A DNA stretch of 64,000 nucleotides, the filler included, from Candidatus Babelota bacterium (GTDB taxonomy: Bacteria > JAGOBX01), in the NCBI GenBank assembly GCA_017999075.1. It is 7 parts of 7 records of this genome, joined end to end, with 100 filler letters (N's around TTAATTAATTAA, not from the genome) between each part and the next. Parts side by side here need not be neighbours in the genome. Positions count along the whole stretch, not along the records: positions 19,712 to 29,358 come from JAGOBX010000100.1; positions 29,459 to 39,066 come from JAGOBX010000101.1; 5 more parts are not named here. One strand, written 5' to 3'. This document shows positions 21,576 to 32,462 of the stretch, piece by piece. A program made the position numbers and the translations under genes. Every line of letters begins with the position of its first letter. Position 1 is the first letter of the stretch. The notes below the pieces were generated by a model. That model did no database searches. It was not told the DNA's origin and worked only from the letters and a program-made list of their open reading frames with translations.

Positions 21576-22160
21576 TTTTCTGATAATATTCAAAATTGTA
21601 TCCCCATATTTTTTAGAATTCTCAATAATATAAAATTCATCATGATTCACAATATTTTTTGAGGTTTCATATAAAATTACTGTATTTGACGAAACATTCT
21701 TTTTAAACGAATCTGAGTTTAAAATTTTTTCCCCAAAATTAGTATCATAAGGCGGATCAATATAAACAACATCAAATTCAAAATTTAAAGAATCAATAAT
21801 TTTAACCGTATCTCCGTAAACTACTGTTGTTTTTTCAATTTTATTTTTATTTTCAATACGTTTCAATGAACTAAATTTATATTCGTCAAAATCAATTTTC
21901 AATTTTGTTAAATTGGAAAGAAGGTATTCATAGACGCTTTTAAATTTTTCAGAAAAAAAAGGCGTAAACCCCATACTCGCAGCCTCAATGCCCATATTAC
22001 CGCAGCCTGCAAACAAATCTATAAAATTATTTCCCTGTCCAAAATTACGATGTCTTAAAATATTAAAAACAGCAGATTTGACAATACTTTTTGTCGGGCG
22101 GATCGATTCAGGAACTTTAAGTTTAAAATTTTTAAATTTACCTGATGAAACTGTTATCAT
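21564..22160 (-). CDS. rsmD: 16S rRNA m2G966 methyltransferase
   Basis: IRPT, FIDLFAGCGNMGIEAASMG, YIDPPY, KKYGDT. Confidence 0.85.
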   Translation of the reverse strand: MITVSSGKFKNFKLKVPESIRPTKSIVKSAVFNILRHRNFGQGNNFIDLFAGCGNMGIEAASMGFTPFFSEKFKSVYEYLLSNLTKLKIDFDEYKFSSLKRIENKNKIEKTTVVYGDTVKIIDSLNFEFDVVYIDPPYDTNFGEKILNSDSFKKNVSSNTVILYETSKNIVNHDEFYIIENSKKYGDTILNIIRKYKI

Positions 22161-22764
22161 TTGATAATAACCTGGTAGAACTTAATCTGTTCATACGCGA
22201 ACTTTTAAATTTATGTTCCATATTACTTTTTGATAAATTAACATCTATTTCAGGATTCAATGTTTTTTTTATCACTGAACAGTTTTTATAAATATTAGAT
22301 GGGCAATCAATACAATACCTGCCGGTTGTTTCTTTTCTACAATCAGAATAATTAATATCATATCTTACCTGGCTGCGCAGACAGGTTTGGCATACGTTAA
22401 GCATAGAATATTTTTTTGAGGGGGAATCAAGTCCTTTTCCGCAAATTTCACAAATATCTTCAGATTTATTAATGCTTTTATTTTCATGGTGATTTACAGA
22501 CATTTTAATATTTCCATGTTCTATGATATCCCTTATTTTAGGCAATAAAAAAACATTATCTAAATTTTTATTTTTCAATTCTTTTATGATTAAATTCAAT
22601 CTATCGCTTAAATCTAAATTTTTAGCAGGCATAATAAGCGATTCAGAATTTTTTTTTATATGCCATACAAAAGTTTTTTCGCCTATAAAATCATCGAAAA
22701 TAATTATATTATGCGCTACTGCTATTTTTTTTATTTCTAAATACAATTCTTGGTTTGAATTCAT
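22138..22764 (-). CDS. Hypothetical Cys-rich (putative Zn-binding) protein
   Basis: CEIC, CQTC, CIDC motifs. Confidence 0.5.
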   Translation of the reverse strand: MNSNQELYLEIKKIAVAHNIIIFDDFIGEKTFVWHIKKNSESLIMPAKNLDLSDRLNLIIKELKNKNLDNVFLLPKIRDIIEHGNIKMSVNHHENKSINKSEDICEICGKGLDSPSKKYSMLNVCQTCLRSQVRYDINYSDCRKETTGRYCIDCPSNIYKNCSVIKKTLNPEIDVNLSKSNMEHKFKSSRMNRLSSTRLLSNDNSFIR

Positions 22765-22769
22765 TTTAT

Positions 22770-23588
22770 TTATTTTTCAGATTTAGTTGATTCTTCAATT
22801 AAAATTTCTTTTGCTTCTTTAACCGATGCTTTTTGATGAACAATTGCAGCCACCGATTTAACAATTGCAGCAGGATTTTTATGCTGAAATATATTTCTCC
22901 CTATAGACAATCCAGCAGCGCCTACTTTATTAGCGTCAAATACTACTTGCAGAAGTTCATCATCGGTTTCCATTTTTTCTCCACCTGCAATTATTACAGG
23001 TGCAGGACACCCTATAATAACTTTTTCAAAAGACTCTGGAGATCCTGTATAATTAGTTTTAATAAGATCAGCTCCGAGTTCTGCTCCTACTCTTGCAGCA
23101 TGTTTAACAACTTGCAAATCGCATTCTCTGGCAATTTTTTTACCGCGAGGATACATCATTGCTACAAGAGGCATCCCCCATTCCATACATTCTTCGCCTA
23201 TTATACCAAAATCACGAAGCATATCTTTTTCATCTTCAGCTCCGATATTTATATGAATACTTACAGCATCTGCTCCCATTTTTATGGCCCGTCTTACGCT
23301 ATTAACGAGAACTTTCGAATTAGGATCAGGTGATAAGCATGTACTCGCAGATAAATGAAGTATTAATCCGATATCTTTACCTGATTTTCTGTGCCCGTAA
23401 AGAGGCAATCCTATATGACCTAATACGGCATTTGCTCCACCATCAGCAACTTTATCCACAGTACCCGCTAAATTTACAAGACCTTCAATCGGACCTACTG
23501 TAACACCATGATCTAAAGGAACTATTATAGTTTTACCATTTAATCTGTTCATAATTCTTTCTAATCTGATTTTTTTCCCTAACAACAT
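22770..23588 (-). CDS. DhnA-type class I aldolase (ADH synthase AroA'-like or FBP aldolase)
   Basis: [36 protein letters not shown]. Confidence 0.88.
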   Translation of the reverse strand: MLLGKKIRLERIMNRLNGKTIIVPLDHGVTVGPIEGLVNLAGTVDKVADGGANAVLGHIGLPLYGHRKSGKDIGLILHLSASTCLSPDPNSKVLVNSVRRAIKMGADAVSIHINIGAEDEKDMLRDFGIIGEECMEWGMPLVAMMYPRGKKIARECDLQVVKHAARVGAELGADLIKTNYTGSPESFEKVIIGCPAPVIIAGGEKMETDDELLQVVFDANKVGAAGLSIGRNIFQHKNPAAIVKSVAAIVHQKASVKEAKEILIEESTKSEK

Positions 23589-23669
23589 ATATTGTATTCT
23601 CCCATAATATTTGATAATTTGAGTTAATTATATCAAAAAAAAAGTAAAAAGCAAGAAATAATAAATATA

Positions 23670-23708
23670 TTGACAATATTTATTTTATAAATATACTGAC
23701 CGTTCAGT
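23670..23708 (+). promoter_or_regulatory. Sigma70 promoter overlapped by a palindromic putative TetR operator
   Basis: TTGACA(23670)-16 nt-TATACT(23692); ACTGA-CCGT-TCAGT at 23695-23708. Confidence 0.65.
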
Positions 23709-23749
23709 TTATAAAAAATATATTCTTTTCAAGGAAAGTTTTTTTATCA

Positions 23750-24340
23750 ATGAAAATAAAAAAAGCCGAAAATATAGAAGCTGAAAAAAACAAAATTATC
23801 GAAGCAGGATTCAGGTGTTTTATAAAAAAAGGATATGCCCGGACATCTGTTAATGATATTGTCAAAGAATATGGAAAAAGTAAGGGGAATTTATATTATT
23901 ATTTCACAAATAAAGAAGATATTTTTATAGAAATGATAAAAAAATGGACTGATGAAACTTTTGAAATGGCTACAAGACTCAGAGAAAGTTATAATTCTGC
24001 CGAAGATTTTTTGAATGATTTTATAGACGGTTCTTTTAAATTTTTTGATGAAAACAAAGATTTTTTCCGTGTTAAAATGGAATTTTGTTCTATAAGCTGT
24101 CATAATGAAAAATTAAGAATTTTATATAATGAAGCTCAAAATAGATGGATTTCGTTATTTATGCCTTTTAAAAAAGAATTCAAATCACCTAAGCATTTCA
24201 ATATTTTTTTAACATCTTTTTTTTGCGTGCTTGATGGTATGATTCTAAGATATATACTATGGAAAAAATTTTTAACTTATGAATTTAAAAAAGAAATTAA
24301 AAAAGATATTTTGTTAATATTAAAGGAAAAATTAAAATGA
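23750..24340 (+). CDS. TetR/AcrR family regulator
   Basis: KGYARTSVNDIV..SKGNLYYYFTNKEDIF. Confidence 0.92.
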   Translation: MKIKKAENIEAEKNKIIEAGFRCFIKKGYARTSVNDIVKEYGKSKGNLYYYFTNKEDIFIEMIKKWTDETFEMATRLRESYNSAEDFLNDFIDGSFKFFDENKDFFRVKMEFCSISCHNEKLRILYNEAQNRWISLFMPFKKEFKSPKHFNIFLTSFFCVLDGMILRYILWKKFLTYEFKKEIKKDILLILKEKLK

Positions 24341-25653
24341 AAAAAATAAATAAGCTGTTATTGTTAATTGTTTTTATAATGTCATTGCAATTAAGGATAT
24401 ACGCATCTGAAAATATTAATTCATCAATATCTATCAAAATTAATGACTTGTTTGAATTAATAAAAAAAAATAATATAGAGATTATCAATAAACGCGAGAA
24501 TTTAAAATATACAAAGTATCAAATTGACGAGGTTAAATCAGTGTCACGCCCTGATATAAAATTTGAAACAAATATGACTCGCTATAAAAATGAAACTTTT
24601 AATGAACCAGGACCGTTTAATAATTATGATTATAAAATTTCTTTTATACAACCTTTATTCACTTATGGAAAAATCAGCAGTGCTATTAAAGCTTCGAAAC
24701 ATTATTATAAAAATGCGGAACACGATTATAATATTACTGAAAAAGATTTTATTTTAAATGCTGTACAATTATATTACACTATAAAATTACTTGATCATCA
24801 AAAGAATATTTTATTGTCAACAGAAAAAACTTATTTTGAACATCTGGAAAACACTAAAATAAGATTTGAAGCAGGAGATGTTACTAATGTAGATTATTTA
24901 TCAGCCAAAGTCAATTATGAACAGATTAAACCACAGATTATATCCGTCGACAACAAAATTTATAATTTAAAAAACGAATTGAAACTTTTATTAAATATTG
25001 ATATGAACCAAAACATTATTATCATAGATGATATAAAAATTTCTAATATTGATATAACCAAAAATAACATCAATTTTTTTGAATCAGCTTTAAAAAATGA
25101 TGAAAGAATCGCTAAACTTGAGGAATCAATAAAAATATTGGAATTACAAAAAACAATAGCAAAAAATTCTCTAAGACCATCTATAAACTTAATTGCAAAT
25201 TATGGAGGATCTGCTGATGATCTCGGAAGTATGTTAAAAAAAGAAAGTGAGAATGCCTTAATTGGAATTAATTTGACTTTTCCTTTGTTTGACGGCTACA
25301 AATCAAAAAACCAGGTGGCAGAATTTGAGATTCAGATTCAATCGAATATCAGGTCGCTGAATCTGATGAGAAATACACTTAAAAAAGACATTGAAAATAA
25401 ATTAAACGATATTGATCATTATAAAAAACAGATCAAATCAAATGAACTTCTTCTCGAACAGTCAGAAGAAGCTTTTCGTATATCAAACGAAAATTATAAA
25501 GCAGGAGCATCTATAAACCTTGATGTAATTGAATCAGAAAAAAACAGATTGACAGCCCGGCTCGCATTAATAGAATCAAAATATAATTATCTGATTTGCA
25601 TATATCAATTGAAAAGGTTAGCAGGAATAGATTTATCTTTAAATGAATTTTAA
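24337..25653 (+). CDS. TolC-family outer membrane efflux protein
   Basis: Signal peptide, QPLFTYG, RFEAG, FPLFDG, NYKAG. Confidence 0.88.
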   Translation: MKKINKLLLLIVFIMSLQLRIYASENINSSISIKINDLFELIKKNNIEIINKRENLKYTKYQIDEVKSVSRPDIKFETNMTRYKNETFNEPGPFNNYDYKISFIQPLFTYGKISSAIKASKHYYKNAEHDYNITEKDFILNAVQLYYTIKLLDHQKNILLSTEKTYFEHLENTKIRFEAGDVTNVDYLSAKVNYEQIKPQIISVDNKIYNLKNELKLLLNIDMNQNIIIIDDIKISNIDITKNNINFFESALKNDERIAKLEESIKILELQKTIAKNSLRPSINLIANYGGSADDLGSMLKKESENALIGINLTFPLFDGYKSKNQVAEFEIQIQSNIRSLNLMRNTLKKDIENKLNDIDHYKKQIKSNELLLEQSEEAFRISNENYKAGASINLDVIESEKNRLTARLALIESKYNYLICIYQLKRLAGIDLSLNEF

Positions 25654-25669
25654 TTAGGAGTGGATTTTT

Positions 25670-26743
25670 ATGCTAAAAAATATTCTATTATTTATGCTGG
25701 CAGTTTTTTATTTGATAAACTGCGCAAAAAAATCTGATAACAAATCAGAAAAACAAATAGCAAATTCTGATTCTCAACCAGTTTTACATCAGGAAGAAAA
25801 AATTTACAATGTAAAAGTAGCGAGTGTAGCTCCACAGAATATTAAAGATTTTATTCAGGTAACCGGAACAACTTTCCCTGATAAAAAAATCAATTTAGCT
25901 TCATTCAGTGGCGGACTGGTGGAAAAAATATATTTTGATGAAGGTCAATATGTTAACCAAGGAGATACTGTCGCTGAAATAGATCTGCAGCTGCATTTGA
26001 TAAAATTAAATAAATTTCTTGCAGAATTTGAAAACGTAAAAGCTAACTTTGAAAAAGATAATCTGTTATTTCAGTCAAAAGCTATTCCAAAAATAAAATT
26101 TATCGAATCAAAATCAAAATATGAATCAATGCTTCAGGATATTGAACAAATAAAAGTTTATATTGATCGAGCTATACTTCGAGCTCCTTACTCGGGATTT
26201 ATTATTAAAAAATTTGTAGAACAAGGAGAAATTATTCCTCAGGGCCAAACTGTGTTCACTTTAAATAAAATGGACTTGATGAAAGTAAAATTTGAACTTC
26301 CATCTAAAGATATTGGATTTTTTAAAGAAAACCAAACTAATGTTATATTAAATTTTGACGCATATCCCGATGACATAATTTACGCTAAAATCAATAATAT
26401 TTCAAAAGACGTAATTTCACAAAATATGACTTATGAAGCAGAAACTATAATTCAGAATAAATCTTACAAATATAAAACAGGTTTGTTAACAAGAGTTAAA
26501 GTTTTAAAACAATCTCTCGCTAACAATATAGTTATTTTAAAAGATGCTGTTATTGATTATGAAGACGGTTCTAAAGTTTTTGTATACAACGAAAACGGAA
26601 CTGTTTCATTGCGAAAAGTAACTATCGGCGCTATGGAAAATGATAAAGTTCAGATAATTGAAGGGCTTGATTTAAATGAAAAAATTGTAGTGGAAGGACA
26701 AAAAGATTTGTTTGATTCCGCAAAAGTCAAGGTAGTGAATTAA
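25670..26743 (+). CDS. RND periplasmic adaptor (MFP)
   Basis: GLVEKIYFDEGQYV, LRAPYSG, EGLDLNEKIVVEG. Confidence 0.9.
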   Translation: MLKNILLFMLAVFYLINCAKKSDNKSEKQIANSDSQPVLHQEEKIYNVKVASVAPQNIKDFIQVTGTTFPDKKINLASFSGGLVEKIYFDEGQYVNQGDTVAEIDLQLHLIKLNKFLAEFENVKANFEKDNLLFQSKAIPKIKFIESKSKYESMLQDIEQIKVYIDRAILRAPYSGFIIKKFVEQGEIIPQGQTVFTLNKMDLMKVKFELPSKDIGFFKENQTNVILNFDAYPDDIIYAKINNISKDVISQNMTYEAETIIQNKSYKYKTGLLTRVKVLKQSLANNIVILKDAVIDYEDGSKVFVYNENGTVSLRKVTIGAMENDKVQIIEGLDLNEKIVVEGQKDLFDSAKVKVVN

Positions 26744-26745
26744 TT

Positions 26746-29358
26746 ATGAAGATAATTGAAGTTGCGGTAAAAAATTCTACCGCTGTATTTGTATTCATTT
26801 TTGTCTTATTGATTCTCGGGATAGTATCATATAAAAATCTTCCGCTCGAATCTGCTCCTGAAGTAAAAATTCCTCTTCTTATAGTAAATACCTTTTATTT
26901 TGGAGTGGCTCCGGCTGATATAGAAAGTCTTATTACAAACAGAATCGAACGAGAACTCAAATCTCTTGATAAGATAAAAAAAATAACTTCTGTATCTATG
27001 GAGGGGTTATCTTCAATCAAAGTTGAATTTATTCCAGGAATAGATTTGGATGTGGCGCGTCAAAAAGTTAAGGATAAAGTCGATCTCGCTAAACCTGAAT
27101 TGCCTGATGATGCCGAAGATCCCATGATTGAAGAAATAAATTTTTCAGAGTTTCCGATAATGTATGTTTCATTATTCGGAAAAAATTTAGGTCTCTACAA
27201 CTTAAAAAATATTTCCGAAGATTTAAAAGATAAGATTAAATTAATTAAAGGCGTTCTTGATGTGGAAATTTCTGGAGGTCTTGAACGTGAAGTTCAAGTC
27301 AACGTTGATCCTGCAAAACTCAGGTATTATCAAGTTTCTCTTGAAGAAATTATTAATAAAATACGTATGGAAAATATAACTATGCCAGGAGGAAGTATAG
27401 AAATAGGGCAATTCAATTATTCTGTCAGAATACCCGGAGAAATCGAATCTCCTGATGACATGGCTGACTGGATAATAAGTGAAAAAGATAATATGCCTGT
27501 ATATTTAAAAGATGTGGCTGTTATGTCTTACAAATACAAAGAAATAAAAAGCGTATCCCGTCTTGACGGTCAGGAAGCAGTTACTCTTTCAATAAAAAAA
27601 CGAACTGGAGAAAATATTGTGTTCATAGCAGATGCTGTAAAAAAACTGCTTGCCGATGAAATGAAAATCCTTCCCAAAACATTGAATTATGTAATACTCG
27701 GTGACCAGTCTAAAGAAATCAAGATGATGGTTGATGATCTTGAAAATAATATAATAACCTCTTTAATACTTGTAGTAGGCGTATTATTTTTTGCTATGAA
27801 TTTCAGAAATTCTCTTTTTGTCGGAATAGCCATACCGTTTTCAATGCTACTTTCATTCATAATTATTGATTTTCTCGGAATAACTCTGAATATGATAGTG
27901 TTATTCAGCCTGATACTTGCGCTTGGCATGCTCGTGGATAATGCAATAGTATTAGTCGATAATATTTACAGGTACATGCAGCTTGGAAAAAATAAAATTG
28001 AAGCTGCCATACTCGGTGCCAAAGAAATTGCCTGGCCTATAACCACTTCCACATTAACCACGTTAGCGGCATTCGGTCCCCTGATATTCTGGCCCGGAGT
28101 TGTGGGTGATTTTATGAGTTATCTTCCGAAAACTGTTATAATAATTTTATCAGCTTCATTACTTGTAGCATTAACAATAAATCCTGTTATTTGCGCAGCT
28201 TTAATGAAAGTCGATAAAAAAGTTATACGGTCAGATAAAACCAAAATCAAAAAACATAATTTTCTATACAATTTTTACAGACGCGTATTGCTTTGGGCTC
28301 TTGGACACAGATGGTTAACTCTCACAGGAATGATTTTAATGTTTATACTGACAATTATAATTTACGGTAAATTCGGAAAACCTATAATATTTTTCCCGGA
28401 TGTCGATCCGCAGCAGGTAATGATAACTTTAAAATTTCCTGTAGGAACTAAACTTGAACATACGGATTTATTTTCTAGGGAAATAGAAAATATTATACTC
28501 AACACTCCTGACAGCCAGCATTATGTTACTAACGTTGGAGTGGAAGGAAGGGAAGAAACTCATAAAGCACAAATACAAATTGACTTAAAAGATTTGCTTG
28601 ACAGAACTCAAAATTCAAATAAAACATTAAATCAAGTTAGAGATATGATAAAACCTATACCAGGAGCTGAACTCGAAGTGTCAAAACCTCAGCACGGACC
28701 TCCAACAGGAGCTTCAATTACAATAGAAATAATCGGCGAAGATTTTAAAGAATTAAGTAAGTTGACTGATAAAATAAAAAAAGAAATTCAGACAATTCCC
28801 GGACTAATAAATTTACGTGATGATCTTGAAGAAGAAAAACCTGAAATAAAAATAATGGTTGATCGGGACAGGGCAAGCAGATGGGGACTAAGCGTATCTC
28901 AGATTTCAAATACTGTTCAGGCCGCAATAAAAGGAATATCTGCTTCAAAATACCGTATAGGCGAAGATGAATACGATATTACAGTAAGGTTCAGCAAAGA
29001 TTGGAGGCAGAATCTGAATGATTTGAAAAACATAATTATTTTTGGAAAAGACGACAGAATGATACCGCTATCAAACATAGCAGATATTGATTTAAAACCA
29101 GGGTTCGGTTCAATTTCTCATAAATCTTTAAAAAGAATGATAACTATTGAAGCCGATAATAAAGAAGGATTCAACGCATTCAATATTAGAAAAGACGTAG
29201 TCAGCAGAATAAATAAAATAAAAAAAGATTTTCCGCGCGGCTATTACTTCAATATGGCTGGCGAAGATGAAGAACAGAAAGATGCTCAAATTTTTTTAAT
29301 GAAAGCATTTTTATGGGCTTTATTTTTAATTGAAATAATACTAATTATACAATTCAAT
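26746..29358 (+). CDS. RND efflux permease (AcrB family), 3' truncated
   Basis: LALGMLVDNAIV, TLTTLAAFGP. Confidence 0.92.
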
Positions 29359-29458
29359 NNNNNNNNNNNNNNNNNNNNNNNNNNNNNNNNNNNNNNNNNN
29401 NNTTAATTAATTAANNNNNNNNNNNNNNNNNNNNNNNNNNNNNNNNNNNNNNNNNNNN
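29359..29458. other. Artificial contig linker
   Basis: N-run, TTAATTAATTAA, N-run. Confidence 0.98.
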
Positions 29459-29533
29459 AAAAACAAACTAATTTAATAATATTTGTTTTATGCATAACAA
29501 TAATGGTTTAAATAATGCTCTAATTTAATTATT

Positions 29534-29588
29534 AAAAATGACTTTTGACTATACGGCACTTTATTGGCACTTTATTCGGTACTTTATT
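29534..29588. repeat. Dispersed 29-bp motif followed by tandem GGCACTTT units (copy 1)
   Basis: AAAAATGACTTTTGACTATACGGCACTTT, 28/29 identical to 40081-40109; three (c)GG(C/T)ACTTTATT units. Confidence 0.8.
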
Positions 29589-30576
29589 ATTTTAATATTT
29601 TAATCAAAGCTCTGCTGTTATAATAAATCAAGGCAAATGTTTCTGACAAAATCTGTTTTTCGTCATAGTATTTTTGAATGTTTTTCATAAAATTTTCTAT
29701 ACTCTGTTTTTTGATTTCCAATGTTCGATTTGATAATACGATTTTTTTTAATTCTCCGATTTCTTTCAAAATCCTGTTTTTTTCGACTTCTGTTTCTATC
29801 CAGCCTTGAACAAAACTTTCTTCAGCATAATCTTCAAGACGCTTTAATCCTTCTTCCGCTGTTTTAAACCATTCCACCGCTCCTACGGTTTTACCGTATA
29901 ATATATCCTTACCGCTACGAGGTCTGGCCTTAGCAATTTCTTCATCAGGCTCAACTGGCCATTTCGGACCATCTTGTCCTCCATTCCCAATACAATATAC
30001 AATACCTGGTAATCCATTAGATTCAAAACTAAAAAATCCTTTACTTGTTCCTGAAATAATAATTGCGCTTCTACGCGCTCCCCATATTAACCATTTTCTA
30101 TTGTCATAAACAGTTCCTATAACGGTTTTAGAACGGTTTTCTTTTAAACAATGATTTCTTTTCCCTATCCACCAATCTGATTTTACAGGAATATTTTGAT
30201 TAAAAACTTCGTTTATATATTCAATTCCCAAATATGTAAAACTTTGTTTACTTTTTTTTGAATTATGAACGGTATATAAAAACTGGAATTCATTTTCATT
30301 ACTGGCTTCTTTTACAGAACATTCAACAATAACATCTAATAATGTAGTTGGATATTCAATTTGCTCATATTTTTTTCCTTCCTGAACCCAAACGATTTTG
30401 TGCCCGCCGTCCTGCAATTTATAAACTTCCGCTTTATTTATCTTTTTAGCCCGTTCAGAAAATTTAATTTTGTATTCAGGTTTATTTAAAATTTTTCTTT
30501 CTGCATTGATTTGCCGAATATTTACAAATATTATTGTTATTATTATATAAAAAATTATTAATATTTTTGTTCTCAT
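29587..30576 (-). CDS. Secreted hypothetical protein, putative partner/immunity gene of the last cassette
   Basis: Signal peptide ending QINA-E; follows a short orphan C-terminal tail. Confidence 0.65.
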   Translation of the reverse strand: MRTKILIIFYIIITIIFVNIRQINAERKILNKPEYKIKFSERAKKINKAEVYKLQDGGHKIVWVQEGKKYEQIEYPTTLLDVIVECSVKEASNENEFQFLYTVHNSKKSKQSFTYLGIEYINEVFNQNIPVKSDWWIGKRNHCLKENRSKTVIGTVYDNRKWLIWGARRSAIIISGTSKGFFSFESNGLPGIVYCIGNGGQDGPKWPVEPDEEIAKARPRSGKDILYGKTVGAVEWFKTAEEGLKRLEDYAEESFVQGWIETEVEKNRILKEIGELKKIVLSNRTLEIKKQSIENFMKNIQKYYDEKQILSETFALIYYNSRALIKILK

Positions 30577-30604
30577 AATTTTTCCTTTTAATAAATAATT
30601 TTAT

Positions 30605-30823
30605 TTAAAATTCGATATGATAATGAGTTCCTTCAACAAGAAAATCAGATAGTTGGGTTCCAATGCAACCTTCAATAAAATCTATAATATTTGTATCTGA
30701 TAATAAAATCGTATCTTCGTTTATATTATATTGTTCAATTTTAAATATTTTCGAATTTTGAGCAAAAATATTATACGCGCACAATATATTAAACAAAATA
30801 ATTGTTATAATTTTTTGTAACAT
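30605..30823 (-). pseudogene. Chimeric fragment: duplicated partner N-terminus fused to an unrelated tail (..LVEGTHYHIEF)
   Basis: First ~52 aa near-identical to the N-terminus of 31682-32355; breakpoint at 30667. Confidence 0.7.
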
Positions 30824-30840
30824 CTTAAATTAAAAACTTT
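30667..30840. repeat. ~174-bp direct repeat, copy A
   Basis: Matches 32196-32369 with about 4 mismatches by manual count. Confidence 0.9.
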
Positions 30841-31468
30841 TATGTTTTTCGTATTCATTTTTGAACATTACAAAGGTTTCTTTTATGTCCTTTATAACAT
30901 TTTTATTGAATATTTTTTGTTCTAATATCTCAAATAATTCTGCCGAATTATCTGGCGGGAAAGCATATAAGCCCGCGCATTCTTCTATAATATCATTATA
31001 TCGATACCATAAATCAAATTGATATTTGTCATAAGCGTTGAAAATATTGTTTTTAGAAATTTTTCTGATATACTCACTAATATCATCCTTTCTTTCCCCC
31101 CAATCATCAACAGGATTCAAAACAGGTTTTTTCGTTCTATCAATAATAGTTAAGCAGGGCAAAATAGTATTTAATGCTTTTATATAACACTCTAAAATGA
31201 GAGGTTTGCTTTCATTTGATATTTCATTATAAAAAAAGTTAGAATATGAACGACCTGAAAAATAATATGAATCATATAGCGAAATTATTTTTTCTGAATC
31301 CGATAAACTTCGCAAATAATATTCATAACTATCAGTATCATTTAAAATAATAGTATAATTATTTATATTATACGGTTCTATTCTTTGAAATATTTTCTCT
31401 TTAGATAATAAAACATTGTTATGAAATAAAATCAATATTAATATAAAAATAATATATTTTATCTGCAT
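30830..31468 (-). CDS. Secreted partner/immunity-like protein, family A
   Basis: Signal peptide MQIKYIIF..; CYIKALNTILPCLTI resembles YLIKGLKEIIPHLTI of 32463-33251. Confidence 0.7.
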   Translation of the reverse strand: MQIKYIIFILILILFHNNVLLSKEKIFQRIEPYNINNYTIILNDTDSYEYYLRSLSDSEKIISLYDSYYFSGRSYSNFFYNEISNESKPLILECYIKALNTILPCLTIIDRTKKPVLNPVDDWGERKDDISEYIRKISKNNIFNAYDKYQFDLWYRYNDIIEECAGLYAFPPDNSAELFEILEQKIFNKNVIKDIKETFVMFKNEYEKHKSF

Positions 31469-31473
31469 TTTAA

Positions 31474-31677
31474 CTATAACCCCGAATATGGACCTTGCCA
31501 ACTTCCTTCGTCTATATCTGTATCAGTTTCTTTAATAGCTTGAGTTTTTTGATCAATGCCTCTAAATCTTCTTATATGATTATTATGGATACAAGGTATC
31601 CAATTTCCATTATCATCTTGAAATTCATCCCAAAAACTTTGAGAGAACTCAAAATCAACATTTGTGATTAAGAACAT
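31474..31677 (-). pseudogene. Orphan C-terminal tip homologous to the end of 33334-34707
   Basis: VDFEFSQSFWDEFQDDNGNWIP..DEGSWQGPY vs VDFSFGNSFPDEFETDDGDWVP..DEGGLQGPY. Confidence 0.8.
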
Positions 31678-31681
31678 TATT

Positions 31682-32355
31682 TTAATATTTTTTTTTATGT
31701 TCTTTTTTGAGATATCCCCAAAAACTCTTTTGATTGATATATTCATTTTTATAACGAAAAAAGAATAATTTTATTTTGCGCAAAACATTTTTATTTAAAA
31801 TCAATTTTTTGGATATTTCAATTAATTCATTAATATTATCAGGTGGAGACGCATATAAATCTGCGCATGCTTCAATTAATTCATTATAACGATACCATAA
31901 ATCAAATTGATATTTTTCAAAATCGGCAAATGTTTTTTTTAGTTATTTTTGCATGCCATATTAATCCATCGTTGCTTTTATATATTTTTTTTCAAAAGAG
32001 TTTAGTTGTAAAGCGTTTAAATTTTCAGTAACATACAATCGAGGGATTATAGTATTTAAAGCATTCAAATAATATTTTAAAATAAATTTTCGGTTTTCAA
32101 CAATCGTATCATAAAAAAAATTATCAGAATAAATAGAATGCCCATATAAAAAATACGAATCGCAAGAAGTAAGAATTTTTTCAGAATCAGAAATAAACCT
32201 TCAATAAAATCTATAATATTTGTATCTGATAATAAAATCGTATCTTCGTTTATATTATATGGTTCAATTTTAAATATTTTCGAATTTTGAGCAAAAATAT
32301 TATACGCGCACAATATATTAAACAAAATAATTGTTATAATTTTTTGTAAAATCAT
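31682..32355 (-). pseudogene. Frameshifted paralog of partner family A
   Basis: Three pieces: MILQK..DFIEG / SDSEKI..LNALNTIIPRL / KYQFDLWYRYNELIEACADLYASPPDN..KY*, colinear with 30830-31468. Confidence 0.8.
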
Positions 32356-32369
32356 AAATTAAAACCTTT
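32196..32369. repeat. ~174-bp direct repeat, copy B
   Basis: Matches 30667-30840. Confidence 0.9.
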
Positions 32370-32462
32370 GTAATGTTTTAGTCATTGGACAACTTATGAT
32401 TATTGCCGCTAAAAATGCGTCAAAATTGTAGCGAAATAAAAAAAATGCTATTTTATTCTCGT

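Noticed and set aside
31678-31746. N-terminal part of the 90-aa ORF 31474-31746
   Set aside because: It overlaps the 3' end of the partner pseudogene in another frame; only the part from about NVDFEF is homologous to CT2.
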